Assembly (NCBI GenBank): GCA_041661745.1 | Contig: JBAZTR010000002.1 | Span: 68,368-132,367 of the forward strand | Source of the DNA: Patescibacteria group bacterium | Lineage (GTDB): Bacteria > Patescibacteriota > Patescibacteriia > UBA9934 > GWF2-40-263 | DNA: 64,000 bases | Reading direction: 5' to 3' | Part shown: piece by piece, positions 8,459 to 14,050 of the stretch | How positions within the stretch are numbered: position 1 is the stretch's first letter | Layout of the letters: the number at the start of each line of letters is the position of its first letter | Program-made: the position numbers and the translations under genes | Notes under the pieces: model-generated | Databases searched by the model: none | What the model was told of the DNA's origin: nothing | What the model saw: the letters and a program-made list of their open reading frames with translations, nothing else

Positions 8459-9388
8459 AAACGGCAATGGCCGACTCTCCACTATCGGTTCCCCACCGGT
8501 CGAGGTAATTAAAACATCGCCATCGAGATCAGTGCGGAAAATTTTGATGCCACGCGTCTGCAAACGTTCAAGAGTGGCCGGATGTGGATGGCCGTAATCG
8601 TTATCAGTGCCAACCGAAATAATGGCGTAGCGCGGCTTAGCAACTTCAAGGAAACTCCCCGAAGTGGAAGTGACACTGCCATGGTGCGCGACCTTCAAAA
8701 CATCAACCGGTTCGGCCAGGTCGTCAAAAATTTCGTCTTCCTCATCAATCGGAGCATCGCCGGTTAAAAGAATCGAGGTCTCACCATAAGTTAAAAGAAG
8801 AACAACCGAGGCTTCGTTTAAGTTGTCGAGTTTTTTGTTTTGTAAATTGGTGTCTGGGGCGATAATTTCTAACCTCACCCCTGCGCCCCTCTCCTTCGCA
8901 AGGAGAGGGGGAGTTCCCTCTGACACCAAGTCCATCACTGCTCCTTGTCCCTCGGTCAACTCGCGAACACTGTCTTGTAGGTCGTCATAACCAAGCACAC
9001 CCGTCTCATAAATTGTCCCGACATTGTAACGAGACAAAACCTCGGGCAAACCACCTTCGTGATCGGCGTGAGGATGAGTGATAATAACAGCATCAATGGA
9101 ACGGTCCCACGGCAACATGACCTGACCAAGTTTGGTTAAAACCGAACTGTCGGCTCCGGCATCCACCAGAATTTGTTCGCCCTCGGGTGTTTCGATGAAA
9201 ATTGCATCGGCTTGCCCCACGTCAAAAATCCAAACCTTCAATTCTTTATCAAGTTGCATTGTATAAAACATCTGCCAGGTTAAAGCTAAAACCATAGCCA
9301 AGGTCATAAGACCAAGGCCAACCAACTTTTTCCGTTGCGCGGAAAATTTTATTGGTCGAGCGCGAGTTTGGATCGGCGAGCGAGCCAT
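8456..9388 (-). CDS. comEC: ComEC C-terminal part: single TM helix plus metallo-beta-lactamase domain (separate ORF or frameshifted continuation of comEC)
   Basis: MARSPIQTRARPIKF...TM...VWIFDVGQADAIFIE...HPHADHEGG...VAHHGS is the ComEC/Rec2 MBL domain. It overlaps the upstream ComEC N-terminal ORF by about 37 nt in a different frame. It also contains in-frame palindromic element copy A. Confidence 0.7.
   Translation of the reverse strand: MARSPIQTRARPIKFSAQRKKLVGLGLMTLAMVLALTWQMFYTMQLDKELKVWIFDVGQADAIFIETPEGEQILVDAGADSSVLTKLGQVMLPWDRSIDAVIITHPHADHEGGLPEVLSRYNVGTIYETGVLGYDDLQDSVRELTEGQGAVMDLVSEGTPPLLAKERGAGVRLEIIAPDTNLQNKKLDNLNEASVVLLLTYGETSILLTGDAPIDEEDEIFDDLAEPVDVLKVAHHGSVTSTSGSFLEVAKPRYAIISVGTDNDYGHPHPATLERLQTRGIKIFRTDLDGDVLITSTGGEPIVESRPLPF
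8870..8911. repeat. GC-rich palindromic element copy A, in-frame inside the comEC beta-lactamase domain (encodes ...TPPLLAKERGAGVRL...)
   Basis: TAACCTCACCCCtgcgCCCCTCTCCTTcgcAAGGAGAGGGGg. Same core as copies B and C. Antisense to the host gene and read in a different frame from copy B. Confidence 0.75.
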
Positions 9389-10686
9389 AATAAAAAGATA
9401 AAGACAACAAAAGCCAAAACTGCTGACAAAATTTTTGGTAAAACAATTGAAGCAAAAAAAACTGAACCAAACCAAGTCACTAAAAGCAAAACAAACGAAC
9501 TCAAAGCCGAAGCCGGAACAGCGACAATCGCCCCGAGCGTAACGGAAAGCCAACCAACACCGAGAGCTACCCCACCAAGAAGCATGAGATATGGAATCCA
9601 CGGCAAAATAAGGAGGTTAACTAAAGGCGCGATAAGTGAAGTTGAACCAAAGTGCCAGAGCATTATCGGCAGGGTGGCCGAAATGGCGGCAAGCGAAGCA
9701 GCACACGATTCACGCAAACCAAAAACTTCAGGAATAAAATTTACTCGCTCGCCAAACCAGTTACCTAGTAGCATCAAACCGGCTGTCGCCCCAAAAGAAA
9801 GTTGAAAACCAACATCGGTAATCAAATGCGGATTAAAAATCATCATGAGGAAAGCCGAAAGAAGAAGGAGATTGCCGGCATGCGGGGTGCGACCAAGCCA
9901 GGTGCCGAGCATAACCGTCGAGGCCATAATGCCAGCGCGAATAACCGGCGGCGTCGCCCCGGCCAAAAAGATATAGAGAATAACCAGTAAGCCGGAAACA
10001 ATAATCGCTCGTCGTCGACCAAGGGTACTCCGCATGAGAAGAACTAAAAGAAGCTGAGAAAAAATAGAAACGTTATAACCCGAAGCGGCCATGACATGTG
10101 AAAGTCCGGTGTGTGAAAAATCACCCTTCATGTCTTGGCTTAACCCCTGACTGCCGCCAAAAAGAATTCCGCTCATAAACGCGGCATGTGGCTCGGGGAA
10201 AATTTTTCCCAGCCGTTCAATCATAGCCAGACGAAGTGATAAAAGAGCATCGCTAATATTCCACGCAGCCTTCCCTTGCACCACTAACTCCTCTGGGCGA
10301 TAACACACGGCGTAAACTCCACGACTTTCAAGATAAGCGGCGTAGTCAAAATCATTAAACGGTTCGGGCACGACCAGTTCACAACGAAATTCCAAAATAT
10401 CGCCAGTAGAAAAGTTCTGCCACTTAGGTAAACGTGCCAAAATTTTTCCGTTCTGTTCTTCGCCGCCAACCTGAATATTTTTTAGGGTCACTTCTTGCGC
10501 CGAATCGCGCTGAACAATCTCCCCGGCAATTGTACCGGTCATGACCGTTTCTTTATTAACAAAATCACGAACCGTGGGGCTCGTGATTTCATCAAAAAAT
10601 AATGCTTTAGCCGACAAACCAACTATCAAAACCAGTAGGATGACAAAGAGGGATCGCGACGGTGACTTATCGAGTCCCCACACCAT
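9349..10686 (-). CDS. comEC: ComEC N-terminal part: DUF4131-like region plus polytopic competence channel domain
   Basis: About 10 predicted TM helices. Region ...GLSHVMAASGYNVSI... is typical of the ComEC competence domain. Its start overlaps the ugd stop by 20 nt. Confidence 0.75.
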   Translation of the reverse strand: MVWGLDKSPSRSLFVILLVLIVGLSAKALFFDEITSPTVRDFVNKETVMTGTIAGEIVQRDSAQEVTLKNIQVGGEEQNGKILARLPKWQNFSTGDILEFRCELVVPEPFNDFDYAAYLESRGVYAVCYRPEELVVQGKAAWNISDALLSLRLAMIERLGKIFPEPHAAFMSGILFGGSQGLSQDMKGDFSHTGLSHVMAASGYNVSIFSQLLLVLLMRSTLGRRRAIIVSGLLVILYIFLAGATPPVIRAGIMASTVMLGTWLGRTPHAGNLLLLSAFLMMIFNPHLITDVGFQLSFGATAGLMLLGNWFGERVNFIPEVFGLRESCAASLAAISATLPIMLWHFGSTSLIAPLVNLLILPWIPYLMLLGGVALGVGWLSVTLGAIVAVPASALSSFVLLLVTWFGSVFFASIVLPKILSAVLAFVVFIFLLWLARRSKLALDQ

Positions 10687-11980
10687 AATAGGTGAAGCCT
10701 AAATCTTTCAAATGTTGGTCGACAAGTAAATTGCGTCCATCAAAAATAACCGGATTCAGCATGCGCTCACGAACGGCGTCAAAAGAGACCTCGCGAAACT
10801 CCGGCCAGTCGGTTAGGACAAGCAAAGCTTCAGCTCCCTCAACCGCATCAACCGCTGTTGGAGCAAAAAGAACGCGATCGCTCAACACTTCTTTGGCTCG
10901 TTCCGCGGCCATGGGGTCATAAACAATAACTTCGGCCCCATTGGCAAACAATCGTTTAACAATATCAATGGCCGCTGACTCGCGGATATCATCAGTACCA
11001 CCTTTATAAGATAACCCCCACACAGCCAAAGTTCGCCCCTTCAAACCACCGAGCTTTTCTTCCACGCGACGAACAAAAATTTCTCGTTGGTGATTATTAA
11101 CTTCGATCACGGCTGACAAAAGTTTGAAGTCATAACCGTTGCGTCCGGCGATTTGGTGAAGAGCCGAAACGTCTTTAGGAAAACAAGAACCACCGTACCC
11201 TACTCCGGCTTTCAAAAAGTGCGGACCAATGCGCGGATCAAGACCAATGGAACGAACAATTTCTGTAACATCAGCTCCGACCAAATCAGCCAAATTAGCA
11301 ATTTCATTAATGAAAGAAATTTTAGTGGCCAGAAAAGCGTTGGCTGCGTATTTGGCCAACTCGGCGTTTTCAATAGTGGTCATTACGCGCGGCGCGACAA
11401 TTCCTTCGTGCAAACGCTCGAGCAAACTTGCGGCCAAAGCGTCATTGGTACCAATAACGATGCGCGACGGATTCATGAAATCACGCAAGGCCGTGCCTTC
11501 GGCCAAAAATTCCGGAACCGAGGCCGCCAACACCAAATCAGCCAACTCGCTGTGCTCGGCCGTGCGCATGCCTTCGCGCACGCGAGCCAAAACTTTTTTA
11601 TTAGTGCCAACCGGCACAGTACTTTTGGTAACAATTACCGCTTCGTGATCCAAACTTTTTCCAATCTCATCAGCCACGGAAAAAACCGCTGACAAATCCG
11701 CTTCACCACTTAAAAGCGGCGGCGTCCCAACGGCAATCATAATTATTTCAGCTCCGCTGATAACCGAAGCAAGATCAGAAGTAAAAATAATTCGACCGGC
11801 TTCCTGCATTTCCTGCAACAGCTCGTAAAGTCCCGGCTCAAAAAATGGCGGCTCGCCCAAATCAAGTCTGGCAACCTTGGCCGCGTCGCGATCAACACAA
11901 ACCACCCGGTGGCCGAGCTTGGCGTAACCTAAGCCGGAAACCAGGCCAACATATCCGGTACCGATAATAACAATATTCAT
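10667..11980 (-). CDS. ugd: UDP-glucose 6-dehydrogenase (nucleotide-sugar dehydrogenase family)
   Basis: MNIVIIGTGYVGLVSG... N-terminal Rossmann fold, GGSCFPKD catalytic-Cys region. Length 437 aa. Confidence 0.85.
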   Translation of the reverse strand: MNIVIIGTGYVGLVSGLGYAKLGHRVVCVDRDAAKVARLDLGEPPFFEPGLYELLQEMQEAGRIIFTSDLASVISGAEIIMIAVGTPPLLSGEADLSAVFSVADEIGKSLDHEAVIVTKSTVPVGTNKKVLARVREGMRTAEHSELADLVLAASVPEFLAEGTALRDFMNPSRIVIGTNDALAASLLERLHEGIVAPRVMTTIENAELAKYAANAFLATKISFINEIANLADLVGADVTEIVRSIGLDPRIGPHFLKAGVGYGGSCFPKDVSALHQIAGRNGYDFKLLSAVIEVNNHQREIFVRRVEEKLGGLKGRTLAVWGLSYKGGTDDIRESAAIDIVKRLFANGAEVIVYDPMAAERAKEVLSDRVLFAPTAVDAVEGAEALLVLTDWPEFREVSFDAVRERMLNPVIFDGRNLLVDQHLKDLGFTYYGVGTR

Positions 11981-12000
11981 ACGAGAGGAATCTTAACAAA

Positions 12001-12045
12001 GGGGCGAAAGGGGTACAAGGGGTGGAAGGGGTAAAACGGGAATAA
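12001..12045. repeat. Periodic G-rich repeat (AAGGGGT x4, about 10-nt period); equals a CCCCTT-repeat leader on the ugd mRNA strand
   Basis: ggggcgaaaggggtacaaggggtggaaggggtaaaacggg. Reverse complement lies 25-65 nt upstream of the ugd ATG. Confidence 0.6.
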
Positions 12046-12068
12046 AAAAAGGCCTCCTAGTGGAGGCG
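12041..12068 (-). terminator. Intrinsic terminator after the GC-rich hypothetical gene
   Basis: Minus-strand reading: hairpin GCCTCC-tagt-GGAGGC followed by a T7 run. Confidence 0.55.
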
Positions 12069-12090
12069 AGACAGGGTGTGGAAGTTGGGG

Positions 12091-12588
12091 CTAGCCCGTG
12101 ATGCCGAGCCGCCGGGCATCGGCGATGGCTTGTGCCCGCCGCTCCTCCTCGCTCTGGGCGAGGCGTGCCGCCTGCTCCCGTTGCTGCTTCACCTCGACCC
12201 AGGCCGCGGCGACGGCATTCTCGTTCTCCTGGACGTAGAGAAGGGCTCTCTGCCACTCCTCGGACCTGTCGAACCCCTTGACCATGTACTTGTTGTCGCC
12301 AGACCGGTAGACGGAAAGACAGATCTTGTTACCGAGATGGATGGTGACTTCTTGTCCACCCATGCCGGTCATGCCGTCCTCGAAGAAGAACGAGAGCCCG
12401 CCGAAGTCGAGAAGCTCGCTCTTCGTGTGGTAACGGTACGTGTATTCCTCACTGGAAACGACTCGTCCGCGTCTCTCGATGAGGTCAGGAACGAAGGTGA
12501 AGATGCCGTCGAGGAAATTCTGCCGCTTAGCGACCATTTCCTCGATGGCAGCCGTGGGAAGATCGGAAGCAGAGCGGGATGCGGGCAT
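12091..12588 (-). CDS. Hypothetical protein with C-terminal coiled-coil; GC-rich cassette
   Basis: Protein-like composition on the minus strand; the overlapping plus-strand ORF is L/G/R-rich antisense noise. Bracketed by terminators at 12041-12068 and 12653-12682. Very GC-rich by eye. Confidence 0.4.
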   Translation of the reverse strand: MPASRSASDLPTAAIEEMVAKRQNFLDGIFTFVPDLIERRGRVVSSEEYTYRYHTKSELLDFGGLSFFFEDGMTGMGGQEVTIHLGNKICLSVYRSGDNKYMVKGFDRSEEWQRALLYVQENENAVAAAWVEVKQQREQAARLAQSEEERRAQAIADARRLGITG

Positions 12589-12652
12589 AGTGTCTCCCAG
12601 AGGCTAGGGGTGAAAGGCCGGCTCGACTTTACCCAAAAAATAAAATTAAGTC

Positions 12653-12682
12653 AAAAAAACCGACCAAGCGGCCGGTTTTTTC
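12653..12682. terminator. Bidirectional intrinsic terminator downstream of the serine protease gene
   Basis: aaaaaaaCCGACCaagcGGCCGGtttttt. Confidence 0.55.
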
Positions 12683-12696
12683 AAACTCGTAATTTT

Positions 12697-13962
12697 CTAA
12701 AAAAGACTGGAAGGAATTTTTTCCAAATCAGTGTCGGCAATGCCCAGGCTTAAGAATCTCATTATGTCGTAGGCGGCATCGCCATCCTCTAAATAAACCC
12801 GATAACATTTATCCGGGTGAACATACCAAGCTTCGCCGTGTTGTTGAACCTGCAACAAAATTTTTCCTTTTAATTGATTGGCCAAAGAATTTGTCGCACA
12901 AACACTGTTAGCGGTCAAGACTTCGCTTGAACTTTCAATTAAGGGAATCTTGGCCAAGTCAGCATCGGTAATACCCAAACTAAAGTAGCGCATCATAGTG
13001 TAAGCAGCCGCGCCGTCTTCCATGTAATAACGCATGTTGTCTTTAGGGTTAACATACCAAGCTTCACCATTTTGTTCGACTTGAAGCAAAATACGTCCTT
13101 TCATTCTTTCCACCAACGCAGCGTCATATTTGGAGGGATCGTACTCACCGGAAGTGGACACTGTCACCTGCGCTGTTTCGTCTCCGTCGCCGGGCAAGGT
13201 GAAATATTCCGGGTAGTATTCCTCGTCTGTGGCAAAATAATAACAAACTCCGGCTGAGCAAGCCTTATTTCCCCATTCATAAAGGGTCGAATAATCCCGA
13301 GTAAAAGTATCAGCCCCGAAGGCGTCTTCAAAAATTGCGTTAAGATTTTCTATCCAAGTATAAGAATTCAGTTCACCCGAAGCCACCGCAGTGGGGATAC
13401 CAAAATAATTTCCCAAAGCGTCAAAGGCACCACCGCCAGAATTTCCATGTTCAGCCTGGGCGTCAGATTTAATCCAATCGGTACCGTCGAAGCCGGAAAT
13501 AGTTCCGCTAGTGGAGGTAATTGTTGAACCGGCCAAACCGGCATCAGGGTAACCAAGCAGGGTTATATCCTCACCCAAAATCATGGAGTCGGCGTTTCCC
13601 CATTCAGCACTCGAAGGAAAAATATATGGCTCGCCATATTCATCGGTAGCCTCAAGAAAGGCATAATCAAAATAATTATCGTATCTAACAATAGTTGGCG
13701 TTAACCAAAAAGCCACTTCCGGAATTTCATAGGGACTTATCGCGTAGCCGCCATAACAAGTTTCCTCTGTTTCGCCATAAGAATTTTGGACAACGTGAGC
13801 ATTAGTTAAAATCACGTTATCAAAAATCACTACTCCGGACCCGGTGTATTCGGGACACTCGATGTAGACCACGTTCTGGACATTGTCGGTAATCGAACCA
13901 GTGGCCGAGGCCATGGCCGGAAAAAGGAGAAATGCCCCAAGCAGAAAAAATATTCTTTTCAT
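12697..13962 (-). CDS. Secreted trypsin-like (S1) serine protease with two C-terminal tandem repeats of about 57 aa
   Basis: Signal peptide MKRIFFLLGAFLLFPAMASA. TNAHV (His) and GNSGG (Ser) motifs. Repeated KG(R/K)ILLQV(E/Q)Q(N/H)GEAWYV...MR(Y/F)(F/L)SLGI.D.DL.KIP modules. Confidence 0.7.
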   Translation of the reverse strand: MKRIFFLLGAFLLFPAMASATGSITDNVQNVVYIECPEYTGSGVVIFDNVILTNAHVVQNSYGETEETCYGGYAISPYEIPEVAFWLTPTIVRYDNYFDYAFLEATDEYGEPYIFPSSAEWGNADSMILGEDITLLGYPDAGLAGSTITSTSGTISGFDGTDWIKSDAQAEHGNSGGGAFDALGNYFGIPTAVASGELNSYTWIENLNAIFEDAFGADTFTRDYSTLYEWGNKACSAGVCYYFATDEEYYPEYFTLPGDGDETAQVTVSTSGEYDPSKYDAALVERMKGRILLQVEQNGEAWYVNPKDNMRYYMEDGAAAYTMMRYFSLGITDADLAKIPLIESSSEVLTANSVCATNSLANQLKGKILLQVQQHGEAWYVHPDKCYRVYLEDGDAAYDIMRFLSLGIADTDLEKIPSSLF

Positions 13963-14016
13963 ATTTATTTGGATTAAAAACCGCACTTATTATATCACGA
14001 CACTTAATTAAATTAA

Positions 14017-14041
14017 GAGACAGGGTGATTAACCCTGTCTC
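14017..14041 (-). terminator. Hairpin downstream of leuS
   Basis: GAGACAGGGTgattaACCCTGTCTC: perfect 10-bp stem. The flanking U-run is weak. Confidence 0.45.
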
Positions 14042-14050
14042 AACACTGTT

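Noticed and set aside
12076-12753. 225-aa plus-strand ORF across the GC-rich cassette
   Set aside because: L/G/R/P-rich antisense-type composition. The opposite-strand 165-aa ORF looks protein-like. Long spurious ORFs on both strands are expected in high-GC DNA.
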